64,000 nucleotides of DNA, taken from a virus (taxonomy: Duplodnaviria; Caudoviricetes). The stretch spans positions 4,922 to 68,921 of IMG/VR virus record IMGVR_UViG_3300037467_001552; one strand, written 5' to 3'. Each line of letters starts with the position of its first letter. The stretch's first letter is position 1. Below the pieces are notes generated by a model that saw only the letters and a program-made list of their open reading frames with translations, made no database searches and was not told the DNA's origin. The translations under genes and the position numbers were made by a program. Shown here one piece after another: positions 8,544-17,137 of the stretch.

Positions 8544-8750
8544 TCACTTCGGCTCAAAGAACCGCTCGCGATGGTCGCTCTGCCAGTTTACGGCGTCAGG
8601 CTTCGGCTTGGTCGCGATGCTGATGAGCTGATTGCGCGTCAGCTCAGGGCCGCCGTTGATCCGGTACAGGCCGGGAATGTTCTCGCGCGTAACCGTGTGC
8701 CCGAGCCGTTCAAGCTGGCGGATGGCCGCCTGTGTCAGATCCGTTTCCAT
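8544..8750 (-). CDS. Hypothetical protein
   Basis: 68 aa, RBS gaggacgac before ATG. Confidence 0.6.
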   Translation of the reverse strand: METDLTQAAIRQLERLGHTVTRENIPGLYRINGGPELTRNQLISIATKPKPDAVNWQSDHRERFFEPK

Positions 8751-8813
8751 GTCGTCCTCGCTAGTATGGGGGAGATCGCTACTTCCTGAAATCGTTCGTA
8801 AGCCGTTGAAGTA

Positions 8814-9137
8814 TCAGGCGGCAGGCGTGGGAAGATCACCGCCGGCCACAACAGAGGCCCCAACAGCGGCACGTTCAAGCAGGACGGCCCCGAAATCCTG
8901 CAAGAGATCCACGATCACCTCTTTATGGTAGCCGTCGCGCTTCTGAAATGCCTCAAGAGCGTCGGCAATCAGCGCCTCTTTTGTCTTATTCTCGGCCCCA
9001 TCAGCGGCCCCAACTTGCGCGGCGGATTGGGCGGACAGTTTGGCGATTGCCTCGCGCACGGTATTGGCTTCGCGATGCATACCGTGTGAGACTAGGTAGA
9101 GCCTGATCCCCTCTAGTCTTTCATGGAATGGCAACAT
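8814..9137 (-). CDS. Hypothetical protein
   Basis: 107 aa, RBS gaggag. Confidence 0.6.
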   Translation of the reverse strand: MLPFHERLEGIRLYLVSHGMHREANTVREAIAKLSAQSAAQVGAADGAENKTKEALIADALEAFQKRDGYHKEVIVDLLQDFGAVLLERAAVGASVVAGGDLPTPAA

Positions 9138-9195
9138 GCTTTGTGCTCCTCAGAATTACTTGCCGAAACGGCTGTGATCGCTTCCGTCGAACCCC

Positions 9196-9318
9196 CTAGC
9201 GGCCGAACAGGTAGTCGGTGAGGGCGCAAAACTCCTCGTGGTCAAGGTTCTCGACCTCTTCCCGCGTCATCCCGAACAGCCACGCGACCATTTCGACAAG
9301 GTGCTTGATGTGATGCAT
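9196..9318 (-). CDS. Small hypothetical protein
   Basis: MHHIKHLVEMVAWLFGMTREEVENLDHEEFCALTDYLFGR*. Confidence 0.45.
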   Translation of the reverse strand: MHHIKHLVEMVAWLFGMTREEVENLDHEEFCALTDYLFGR

Positions 9319-9381
9319 TGCGCTTCCCCTGGTATGGCGGAAATCCCAGAAATCGGAAATTCTCGTTAAGTGCCTGAAGTA

Positions 9382-9747
9382 TCAGGCCGCAGCCGTTGTT
9401 TGATCCTCGTCGGTCCCAACTTCGGCCCTAACAGTGAGCGCGGCTTTGGCTCGTCGAAAATCACGGCCCCGCAGCTTCTCGCTCACCGGCACCTCGGCCC
9501 TGGTTGAAAGCTCCAGCACCTGATCGTCATTGACGTACTTCATGTGCTCCGCGTCGCAGACGGCAGCGAAGGGCTCTAGCGCCGCTCGCAACTGATCATT
9601 CTCGGCCCCAACAATGGCCCTAACTCGCGCTGCGCGAAGGGCGGAGATTTCATCGGCAGCCTCGCGTACGACGGCGGCCCATGCACTGCTCCGGCAATCC
9701 TCTAGTTCTGACGATACATCATGAAGCCTTTGCAGAAGGTCCGACAT
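9382..9747 (-). CDS. Hypothetical protein
   Basis: MSDLLQRLHDV..., RBS ggagaacaaagaaATG. Confidence 0.6.
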   Translation of the reverse strand: MSDLLQRLHDVSSELEDCRSSAWAAVVREAADEISALRAARVRAIVGAENDQLRAALEPFAAVCDAEHMKYVNDDQVLELSTRAEVPVSEKLRGRDFRRAKAALTVRAEVGTDEDQTTAAA

Positions 9748-9800
9748 TTCTTTGTTCTCCGCTAAAATACTTGCCGAAAGGTCCGCAATCCCATCCGCCA

Positions 9801-10001
9801 TCAGCGGCGGAAGCTGTAGTGCCAGCACAGCCGCATCTGCGCGCCCTCATACCGGCGGTCGAAATCGCGTGTCGGGCGCTTGACCCGCATCAACAGCCGC
9901 GTCGCGAGGCTGTAGTGCCAGGGGCGCAGGCTTCGGCGCTTCGTCTTGTATCGCTTGATCATCTGCTCCCCCGGTTCGTTTCCTACCGTCTCCGCCATCA
10001 T
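9801..10001 (-). CDS. Small basic hypothetical protein
   Basis: 66 aa, coupled to the upstream gene. Confidence 0.45.
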   Translation of the reverse strand: MMAETVGNEPGEQMIKRYKTKRRSLRPWHYSLATRLLMRVKRPTRDFDRRYEGAQMRLCWHYSFRR

Positions 10002-10228
10002 CCGGCGGCGTTGTCGGCGATGGCTGCGTCACACTTGGCCGTCAGGTACGGCGAGCAGCACCGCTTGGCGCACCGCCTGACCTCGGCCTCCAGCCGCTCC
10101 GCACGGGCGAGGGCGGCGGCGAGATCAGCCTTGGCCTCGCGGTGCCAGAACTTCAGGGTGTTATGCTCGGCGGCGAGTTCGTCGTGCTGCTTGATCCAGT
10201 AGGCGACGGTGTCGGGGTCATCAGACAT
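9998..10228 (-). CDS. Hypothetical coiled-coil protein
   Basis: 76 aa. Confidence 0.55.
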   Translation of the reverse strand: MSDDPDTVAYWIKQHDELAAEHNTLKFWHREAKADLAAALARAERLEAEVRRCAKRCCSPYLTAKCDAAIADNAAG

Positions 10229-10347
10229 ACGTTTTCCCTACGATAGAATATCCGACAGGTTTTCCCGACAGGATCGAGGCCGGTTTGACCGGCTCCGGGC
10301 GGCCCCGGCGCACTGTCGGAAAAACGGCCGCTTTCGCTACACGTCGC

Positions 10348-10605
10348 TTAGGTTGCGACCTCGACCAGCCGCCCCTCGCGGTAGGCGTTGACGAGTGCGG
10401 CGACGAAAGCCGCGTTGGCCTTGCCCGGAAGCGGCTCAAACTCATCGGCTCCGGTCGCGCAGTAAAAGTTGCCGAGTTCCGCCGGGTAGCCATGCGCGAT
10501 CCCGACGACATCGGCTTCATCGAAGTTCGGCCCTGGCACGTACCGCCACGCGCCCGGCGTAGCGGCATCACTCAGTTGTTTCAGGTCGCTCACCTTGGCC
10601 CCCAT
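10348..10605 (-). CDS. Phage early protein of TPG(P/A)W...ANA family
   Basis: DAATPGAWRY...KANAAFVAALVNA. Confidence 0.6.
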   Translation of the reverse strand: MGAKVSDLKQLSDAATPGAWRYVPGPNFDEADVVGIAHGYPAELGNFYCATGADEFEPLPGKANAAFVAALVNAYREGRLVEVAT

Positions 10606-10628
10606 TTCTGATGTCGTGAATACGACCG

Positions 10629-10886
10629 TCATTCCGGCGCGGCCGGCGCGTCCGTTTTGTCGGACAGCGGCTCATAGACGGGCTTGTCGAGCGCATACAG
10701 CATCTCCGTGAGCTGCCAGCGCAGAGAGGCAATCGGGTCGTCGCCCTCTTCCTCGTCGCATGCCTCGACCGTCACCGCGTCAGTGTAGCCGCCGCCGGTA
10801 TAGACCTCGGAGATGAAGTATCGGCCGTAGGGCTCGCCCGTGACCGGGTGCTTGTGCTCCGTCTTGACGACGCGGTACGTCCACAT
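10629..10886 (-). CDS. Hypothetical protein
   Basis: MWTYRVVK..LTEMLYALDKPVY; RBS gaggtgtagagATG. Confidence 0.6.
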   Translation of the reverse strand: MWTYRVVKTEHKHPVTGEPYGRYFISEVYTGGGYTDAVTVEACDEEEGDDPIASLRWQLTEMLYALDKPVYEPLSDKTDAPAAPE

Positions 10887-10936
10887 CTCTACACCTCTGT
10901 TCCTGATGTCGTGAATACGGCCCGGTTTTCCGACCA

Positions 10937-11269
10937 CTAGATATTGTGGTCGAGCGGGGCGCCGGTCGCCTTGGCGATAGCTTTGCGGATGAGCGCGTGC
11001 GTGCGGCTGCCGTAAGTGGCCCTGCGGTCGCATTCTAGGATCATCTGTGCATGCTTCAGGGCGGCCAGCATGTCCGGTGCGGCGGCCATAAGCCGGGCGT
11101 TCGCCCGCGCTTCCTCCAAGGTTGCCGTCATCGCACGCCCCATGCTCGCAACCTCGATGTGATCGGGGGTCACACAGGAGACCGTCACGTCATGCGGGCC
11201 TGGAGCATCGGAAACAGCCGGGTCCGCGAAGTCATGGACGAACCAGGGACCGGGCGTGTGCTTGCTCAT
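10937..11269 (-). CDS. Phage early protein of HTPGPW...ANARLxAAAP family
   Basis: MSKHTPGPW...ANARLMAAAPDMLAAL. Confidence 0.7.
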   Translation of the reverse strand: MSKHTPGPWFVHDFADPAVSDAPGPHDVTVSCVTPDHIEVASMGRAMTATLEEARANARLMAAAPDMLAALKHAQMILECDRRATYGSRTHALIRKAIAKATGAPLDHNI

Positions 11270-11344
11270 TGATACCTCCTGGCCCTAGTCGGCCGGCTCG
11301 ATGCCGCTGGCCTGAAAAACGACCGTTTGGCCGACACGGACGAG

Positions 11345-11521
11345 CTATGCGTCCCCGTCTTCCTCTTCGCACTCAAGGTCGGACACCGCCTCAAACAGCA
11401 GGTAGGCGTCATCACGGTCGTCGAATTTGATCGTCACGGCATCGCGCGAGCCGCCATCCTCCGGGTGCAGCTCGACGCCCGACGCGCGGGACAGGAGCTT
11501 GATCAGCTTCACGGGGTCCAT
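11345..11521 (-). CDS. Small acidic hypothetical protein
   Basis: MDPVKLIKLLSRASG...EEEDGDA*. Confidence 0.5.
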   Translation of the reverse strand: MDPVKLIKLLSRASGVELHPEDGGSRDAVTIKFDDRDDAYLLFEAVSDLECEEEDGDA

Positions 11522-11575
11522 CTTGGGTTCTCCAGGGTCGGGTGCGGGGTCATTCCGAACGCAAGCTAAGGGGCA

Positions 11576-11899
11576 TTATCGTGCGTTCGGCGGGGCGAGC
11601 GGTCCCGCGTAGGTGAACCACTGATCGCCCGGCTCAGCGAATGACGGCCCGTGCTTCTCAGGGTCGTACTTGCCCTCGGTCAGCAGCCCGTAGTGGACCG
11701 CCACGCGCTGGATCGTGCCGCCGTCCACGTCTTGGCCGTCAAAGGCGGGCTCGATCATCTCTCGGGCAAAGGCGGCCAGCTTGGCATTCTCGGCCTCAAG
11801 CCCGCGCAGCCGCGCCAACTCCTCAACCGGCACCATCTCGCCGACGAGTTCTGTCGCGCTGATCAGCGCCGCGTTCAGGGCTCGGTCTAGCTCGCTCAT
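11576..11899 (-). CDS. Hypothetical protein
   Basis: 107 aa, RBS gagagga. Confidence 0.6.
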   Translation of the reverse strand: MSELDRALNAALISATELVGEMVPVEELARLRGLEAENAKLAAFAREMIEPAFDGQDVDGGTIQRVAVHYGLLTEGKYDPEKHGPSFAEPGDQWFTYAGPLAPPNAR

Positions 11900-11908
11900 C
11901 TCGTCCTC

Positions 11909-12127
11909 TCAGTGCGCGGTTGGCGCGGCCAGGGCGGCGCGACCGGCGTCCGTGATCGAGTAGATCGGCCCGTCGTCGCCGAGATCCTTCCCGACGAGGC
12001 CACGCTTCACGAGCCCGAGGAACAGGAGATGCGCGCACATCACCTCCTCGCTCTCGATCTCGCCGGGCGCGTCCGGCCCGTGTGTCAGAAATTCGAGCGC
12101 CTGCCGCTCAACGGGTGTTAGGGCCAT
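11909..12127 (-). CDS. Small winged-helix-like protein
   Basis: MALTPVERQALEFL...LVKRGLV...YSITDAGRAAL. Confidence 0.55.
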   Translation of the reverse strand: MALTPVERQALEFLTHGPDAPGEIESEEVMCAHLLFLGLVKRGLVGKDLGDDGPIYSITDAGRAALAAPTAH

Positions 12128-12156
12128 GTCCTGTCCTCTCAGTCCTGCGGGGTGTT

Positions 12157-12678
12157 TCATCCGGTTGAACGCGTCTGACCGGACGAGACGGCGGCGCCCC
12201 ACCGCGTCAGTGCCGCCTCCAGCGGGCTCTGCTCGCCAGAAATCAAACCCCTGCTGGAAGCGTTCTTTTTGGCTACCAGGGCCGAGCGCCGCTCGGCCTT
12301 CTCTCGGCGGGCGCGCGCGATCCGGTTGGCGGTCTCGAACACGACCGCGAACGCGGCGCCGATCTGCCACTGAACGGGTTTGCGCCGCAGCCCGGCCTCC
12401 GTCCGCCGGTAGGGCGAGCCGGGCGCAGCCAGCCGGGCCACGAACCCGATATCCTCCAGAACAGCCAGCGCACCCCTGATCTGGGCTGCCGACAAGTCCA
12501 GCTCGGCGTGCGCAGCCAGCGCGATCCGGTCCACCGGGAAGCTGCGGCCGAGCCGGCCCGGCGCGGTGTGGAAGCGCGCCAGGAACACGGCCAGCCGCAT
12601 CACGGCCTCGCCGTTCCGCAAGCCCCTGCATGCCTCGGTCAGCCGCTGCGCGATGACGCGCGGTAGGCGGTATCTCAT
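12157..12678 (-). CDS. Winged-helix protein, plasmid replication-initiator-like
   Basis: MRLAVFLARFH...LDLSAAQIRGALAVLEDIGFVAR wHTH-like; divergent from parA; resembles proteins I recall from Methylobacterium plasmids (unverified). Confidence 0.45.
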   Translation of the reverse strand: MRYRLPRVIAQRLTEACRGLRNGEAVMRLAVFLARFHTAPGRLGRSFPVDRIALAAHAELDLSAAQIRGALAVLEDIGFVARLAAPGSPYRRTEAGLRRKPVQWQIGAAFAVVFETANRIARARREKAERRSALVAKKNASSRGLISGEQSPLEAALTRWGAAVSSGQTRSTG

Positions 12679-12939
12679 CCTTCCCGGTCCCTGTCGGGCC
12701 GCGGTCCAGGGTCCAGGCAAGCCTCTCCTGTTGCCGGAATTGCCGTTCCGGCTTGACGCCAGGGGCGCCGTGTGGCTTGTAGGAGGTCTCACACGGTCTC
12801 CTACAAACCATCAGGTTTTCGACAGCCTCGTCCTTGCCGGGACGGGGCTGTTGGCTTTTGTGGGCTATCTCGCGGCGTTGCGCTCCTGCTTCGTGACCGC
12901 TCATGTCGGCCGAGCCGCGGCGAAAAGTCAACGACACGT

Positions 12940-13060
12940 TACCGACCCCAGCACAAGCATGCTGTCGTGCTAGTACGCTAGCATCCAGGCGTGCCGGCGC
13001 ACTGCCGTAACGGTTTGCTAGGATGGCTGTGCATAAGTATGCCAGCCTGCCAGCAAACCA
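12940..13060. promoter_or_regulatory. Short GCTAG/GCATG/GCCAGC repeat cluster upstream of parA (possible parS/operator)
   Basis: agcatgctgtcgtgctagtacgctagcat..tttgctaggat..tatgccagcctgccagc; related gctagtgtgctggtatgctg just after the ParG-like gene (13972-13991). Confidence 0.35.
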
Positions 13061-13072
13061 GTGGGGCCGCCC

Positions 13073-13732
13073 GTGCGCGTTCTGACCCTCGTCACCCAGA
13101 AGGGTGGCACCGGAAAATCCGCCTTGACCGTGAGCCTCGCCGTCGCGGCCGAGGCTGCCGGCGAGCGCGTCTGCGTCCTCGATCTCGACCCACAGGGCAC
13201 GTCCGCGAGCTGGTACGAGACCCGTACCGCCGAGACGCCGGCTGTGCTCGACCACAACCAAGCGGGCTCGGTGCCCGAAACGCTGGCGCGGCTGAGCGCT
13301 GCCGGCTTCACCCTGACGATCATCGACACGCCGGGCATCGACAGCCATGCGACGCGCGGGGCGATGCGTGAGGCCACGCTGGCCCTCGTTCCCGTCCGGC
13401 CGAGCGAGGCCGACGTAAAGGCCACGATGCCGACCGTGCGCGCCCTGGAGGGCATGGGGCGGCCGTATGCCTTGGTCATCAATCAGGCCCCGACCAACCG
13501 TCAGGCGCGGCTCACGACGGCCGTCACGATGCGGCTGAGCACGTCGGGCGAGGTCGCCCCCGTGCCGGTCGCCGCGCGGATTGATCACCAGTACGCCTAT
13601 GCCTTGGGGCAGGGCGTCCATGAGTATGCCCCCGCCGGTAAGGCTGCGGCCGAGATCGGCGAGTTGTGGGCATGGGTCAGCAAGCGAATGGGAGCGCGCG
13701 ATGGCACCGCCGAAAAGAAACGCCGCGCTTGA
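13073..13732 (+). CDS. parA: ParA family partition ATPase (short, type Ib-like)
   Basis: TQKGGTGKS deviant Walker A, VLDLDPQG, IIDTPG, INQAP. Confidence 0.93.
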   Translation: MRVLTLVTQKGGTGKSALTVSLAVAAEAAGERVCVLDLDPQGTSASWYETRTAETPAVLDHNQAGSVPETLARLSAAGFTLTIIDTPGIDSHATRGAMREATLALVPVRPSEADVKATMPTVRALEGMGRPYALVINQAPTNRQARLTTAVTMRLSTSGEVAPVPVAARIDHQYAYALGQGVHEYAPAGKAAAEIGELWAWVSKRMGARDGTAEKKRRA

Positions 13733-13976
13733 GGCTCTGGGCGGGGCGCCGAAGGTGACAGAGGCCCCGGCCGCCGCCGAGCCGGCGCCTGCACCCGTCA
13801 AGCCCGCGAGAGATGTGGCTAAGGTCATGCTCTACCTGCACCCGAAGGTGGCGCGGAAGTTCAAGGAGATCGCCTTCACGGAGGACCGGAAGGCGCACGA
13901 CGTTTATCTCGACGCCCTCGACGCCTACCTGACGGCGCAAGGGCACGGTGGGCTCACTGGCGTGATAGGACGCTAG
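13701..13976 (+). CDS. ParG-like ribbon-helix-helix partner of ParA
   Basis: Overlaps the parA end; flexible N-terminal tail then KVMLYLHPKVARKFKEIAFTEDRKAHDVYLDALDAYL (RHH pattern). Confidence 0.75.
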   Translation: MAPPKRNAALEALGGAPKVTEAPAAAEPAPAPVKPARDVAKVMLYLHPKVARKFKEIAFTEDRKAHDVYLDALDAYLTAQGHGGLTGVIGR

Positions 13977-13991
13977 TGTGCTGGTATGCTG

Positions 13992-14531
13992 TCATGCCGC
14001 CTCCTGCTCGGCTACGTCGCCGTAAAACCCGCGCGCGTTGAACCAGCGCAGCAACCGCTTGGCCTGCTTCTGCGCGGAGGCGTCCTGGGCCTCGCGCTCG
14101 AACCCATGTTCCATCATCGGGAGGAGCATCGTCAGCGCCTCGCCCATCTTGGAGCCCTCGACGACCTCCAAGACGCCGCGGGCGAGCAGATCCTCGACGA
14201 AGTAGTAGTAGGTCATGGCGAACTTGACCGACGACTGCCCCTCGAAGCCCATCTCTTTGATGCAGTCGGCGCAGAGCGCGGTCGTCATGTTGAGCAGCCG
14301 GCGCTGACGCGCGTTGGACAGATCGATGAAGGGCTCTCGCAGGCAGTCGATCAGGAGCGCCTGGAGGTGCTTGCCTTGCCGCTCGACCTCCGCCGGATCG
14401 CCGCCGAAGACGTTGGCGAAGGCGAGGGCCGCCGCCAGCGAGGCGGGGATCGCCAGCTCGATCCGCTGCCGCTCGGTCAGAGCAGGCGGGGGGACGTAGC
14501 CGGCGGCGAGCCGGCGCTTGGCCTCGCCCAT
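13992..14531 (-). CDS. Hypothetical protein
   Basis: 179 aa, MGEAKRR start motif. Confidence 0.7.
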   Translation of the reverse strand: MGEAKRRLAAGYVPPPALTERQRIELAIPASLAAALAFANVFGGDPAEVERQGKHLQALLIDCLREPFIDLSNARQRRLLNMTTALCADCIKEMGFEGQSSVKFAMTYYYFVEDLLARGVLEVVEGSKMGEALTMLLPMMEHGFEREAQDASAQKQAKRLLRWFNARGFYGDVAEQEAA

Positions 14532-14893
14532 TAGGCGGCCTCCCGCGACTGGGCGGCCTGGGCCGCGAGCATCCGCCGATAGTGCCGGATCGACCCGGAC
14601 AGGCTCCTGGCGCTCCGGTAGCCGTATCGCTCGACCAGGCCCTCGACCGTGCCGGCGCGGCCCGAGATCGCATTCTCGTAGGCGGTCACGACCTGTCTGG
14701 CCCGTTCATAGTCGGGCGCGCGCGGGGCCCACTTGCGAAGGCCGCGCACTGCGCCGGCGACCGCCGCCTGGCTGCGGCCCATCTCGTCCGCGGCTTCGTA
14801 CGTCGTCATTCCGCGCTCGACGCACAGGTATCGCGCTCTGGCGCGCTCATCCGCGGACAGCGGTGTTCGGCCCCAGTTATATCGGACGCTCAT
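14531..14893 (-). CDS. Tandem HTH DNA-binding protein
   Basis: GMTTYEAADEMGRSQAAVAGAV and ERYGYRSARSLSGSIRHYRR. Confidence 0.65.
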   Translation of the reverse strand: MSVRYNWGRTPLSADERARARYLCVERGMTTYEAADEMGRSQAAVAGAVRGLRKWAPRAPDYERARQVVTAYENAISGRAGTVEGLVERYGYRSARSLSGSIRHYRRMLAAQAAQSREAA

Positions 14894-14918
14894 GGCGCAA
14901 CCTTTCGAGGGAGTGGGA

Positions 14919-15257
14919 TCAGGCGGCGGCCTGCATTTCGGCCATGCGCATCTGCCGACGGATATGAGAGACGCGCACCCGTAGGGAGAGCCCGCTTGAG
15001 AAGCCGAGCCGTCCGGCCAAGGCGAGGCGCTCACCGCGCGGCGTCGCCTCGTAGGTCTCGACGATCCAGCGGGCGCGCTCAGCAACCCCGGACGGCGTCG
15101 GCCGCCCCCTGGCGGCACGAACGTCATCCCCGGCGTAGCGGTAGACCGTCGCCGGGCTGCACCCGATATCGATCGCGATCCTGGAGACCTTGCGGCCGCG
15201 CGCGACCATCTTCCGCATTTCGGCGATGTCGTGATTGGTGATGAAGCGGCCCCGCAT
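14919..15257 (-). CDS. Tandem HTH DNA-binding protein
   Basis: GRKVSRIAIDIGCSPATVYRY and LAGRLGFSSGLSLRVRVSHIRRQ. Confidence 0.7.
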   Translation of the reverse strand: MRGRFITNHDIAEMRKMVARGRKVSRIAIDIGCSPATVYRYAGDDVRAARGRPTPSGVAERARWIVETYEATPRGERLALAGRLGFSSGLSLRVRVSHIRRQMRMAEMQAAA

Positions 15258-15850
15258 CACGCCGCCTCGCGCAGTTCGACGAGATCGGCGGACTGCTGCA
15301 TGTACTTGCGCACGGTTTTGTGGTTGCGCTGCATCTCTCGCGCGATCTGCCTGAAGCTCGCGCCATCTCGCGCAAGCTCGTGCATGCGGGCGATGTCCTG
15401 TTCCGAGACCCGGCGCCAAGGCAACAAGCCTCGCTGCCGACGAAGCCTATGGACCGCGACGTGGAGCGACGTGACGCTCGCGTAGCCGTACCGCTCTGCC
15501 AGGTCCTGAAAATTGCCCCGCTCGGTGGCTGCGTGATCCCGCAGTAGCCTCTCTAGCTTGCTGCGCTTGCGGTCCTTCCTGATGTCGTGTGCGTAGCGCC
15601 GCGGCGGGCCCTCGCTGCAACCGACTTCGGCGGCAATGTATGCGTAGGAACGCCCGGACGCGGCGAGAGACCGGATGCGCTCGACGTCGACCTTCCGACG
15701 CTGCCCTTTGGGGATCAGGTCTCCAGTGTACTGACGAACGGTCCCGTGGTGGCGCTTTGTTGCCCGCGCGATCTCAATGATGCCAAGGCCGGCGCGCGCC
15801 ATCGCGCACATGCGCTCGACCTCAAGCGTCGTGACTGGCTTGATCCGCAT
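15257..15850 (-). CDS. Four-HTH DNA-binding protein
   Basis: GLGIIEIARATKRHHGTVRQY; GRSYAYIAAEVGCSEGPPRRY; LAERYGYASVTSLHVAV; GASFRQIAREMQRNHKTVRKY. Confidence 0.7.
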   Translation of the reverse strand: MRIKPVTTLEVERMCAMARAGLGIIEIARATKRHHGTVRQYTGDLIPKGQRRKVDVERIRSLAASGRSYAYIAAEVGCSEGPPRRYAHDIRKDRKRSKLERLLRDHAATERGNFQDLAERYGYASVTSLHVAVHRLRRQRGLLPWRRVSEQDIARMHELARDGASFRQIAREMQRNHKTVRKYMQQSADLVELREAA

Positions 15851-16803
15851 CACGCCACCTCTCGTCCCGCGGCACGGATCGCCCGCTCTCTCGCCCGAGC
15901 CCGGTCCCGCCGTCGCTGCTCGCCCAAAGCACTGCGCACGGTCGACTCCTCGGTGTTCAGCACAGCCGCGATGCGCTCGACGTCGAAGTCGGGCTCGAAT
16001 GTGTGCAGGGACTCGATCTGCCGCTGCTGGTACAGATCCGACCGCGACGGCGGCTTGGGGTATCGCGAGATCAGGTCGAGGAACCAAGTCTTCGTCTGTG
16101 CCACCTCGATCTTCGTGAAGGTGACCTTCTCGGGATTGAGCAGGATGAAGGCGGCGAGATCTTCCTCGGCGATGCAGACCGCCCTGCCGCTCCCAGTCTG
16201 GGCGGCCGAAGCGGAGTCCGGATCGCGCGGCTCGGCGATCAGCAGACCCGTGTGGATCCAGCGCCGGATCGTCGTGAGGCTCACGCCGAGCGCGGCGGCG
16301 ACGCCGAGGCCACTCATGTAGCTTGTGTCGGTCCCGGACAGCCCGCGGCGCTTGAGGTGGTGCTCGACAGCGAACTGCGTCCGCGGCCAGCCGTTCTCCT
16401 GCATCGCGGAGGCGAGGCGATGCGCCGGCCAGTGAAGGCGCTGTGTGACGAACGCCTCCTCGGCGGCCGACCAAGGGCGCCGCTCGACGCTCCGCGCCCG
16501 CAGTCCCAGCTTGTTCGCGCGGCGGCGCACCCAGCTCCGCGTCCGGCCAAGGGTGCGCGCTGCATCCGTCCACGGGTTCTGGCTGCCGCTCTCGTGCGCC
16601 CGCCGGATCACGGCATCGGCCCACTCGGACGATGGCTCTTGGATGTCGGCGGCGCGCTGCGCGATCCCGTACCGGCGCGCCGTCTTGATCACGGCCTCGG
16701 CGGTCGCGTTGCCGAAATGCTCCGCGCACGCCTTGGCGCCGAGCGTGAGATAGTTCTCGCGCAGCCACGCGATCTCTGTCGACTTCCAGACGCGGCGGGG
16801 CAT
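15850..16803 (-). CDS. Myb/SANT-like repeat and MerR/Xis-like HTH protein
   Basis: WKSTEIAWLRENY, PWSAAEEAFV repeats; VAAALGVSLTTIRRWIHTGLL. Confidence 0.65.
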   Translation of the reverse strand: MPRRVWKSTEIAWLRENYLTLGAKACAEHFGNATAEAVIKTARRYGIAQRAADIQEPSSEWADAVIRRAHESGSQNPWTDAARTLGRTRSWVRRRANKLGLRARSVERRPWSAAEEAFVTQRLHWPAHRLASAMQENGWPRTQFAVEHHLKRRGLSGTDTSYMSGLGVAAALGVSLTTIRRWIHTGLLIAEPRDPDSASAAQTGSGRAVCIAEEDLAAFILLNPEKVTFTKIEVAQTKTWFLDLISRYPKPPSRSDLYQQRQIESLHTFEPDFDVERIAAVLNTEESTVRSALGEQRRRDRARARERAIRAAGREVA

Positions 16804-16807
16804 CGCC

Positions 16808-17137
16808 TCAATCTCCGAAGAACGTGCCGACGTTCGGCAGCGCGAAACGCTTGGCGGTGATGGTCCGGTTGCGCCGCAACCAGTCGAGCTGCTCGCGCAT
16901 CTGCTCGATGAGGTCGGTGATCTCGGCGAAGTCGGTGATGTCGAGGGACTCGGTGATCCGCTCGGCGTCGTCTTGCGTGAGCGTGAACGTCACCGTGGCG
17001 AGGCGCTCCTGATGCGCCAGCACGACTCGGCGCAGGACCTCATGAAAGCTGTCGTCGGCACCGAGCGCGGAGATCAGCTCGCCGTACTCTGCGCGGGTCG
17101 CCCAGATGATCAGCGGCATGCGGTTATCGCCGGGCAT
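16808..17137 (-). CDS. Hypothetical protein
   Basis: 109 aa. Confidence 0.6.
   Translation of the reverse strand: MPGDNRMPLIIWATRAEYGELISALGADDSFHEVLRRVVLAHQERLATVTFTLTQDDAERITESLDITDFAEITDLIEQMREQLDWLRRNRTITAKRFALPNVGTFFGD

Noticed and set aside
11909-13828. 639-aa minus-strand ORF
   Set aside because: Only its last 72 codons (11909-12127) look like a real gene; the rest overlaps parA and the Rep-like gene in other frames.
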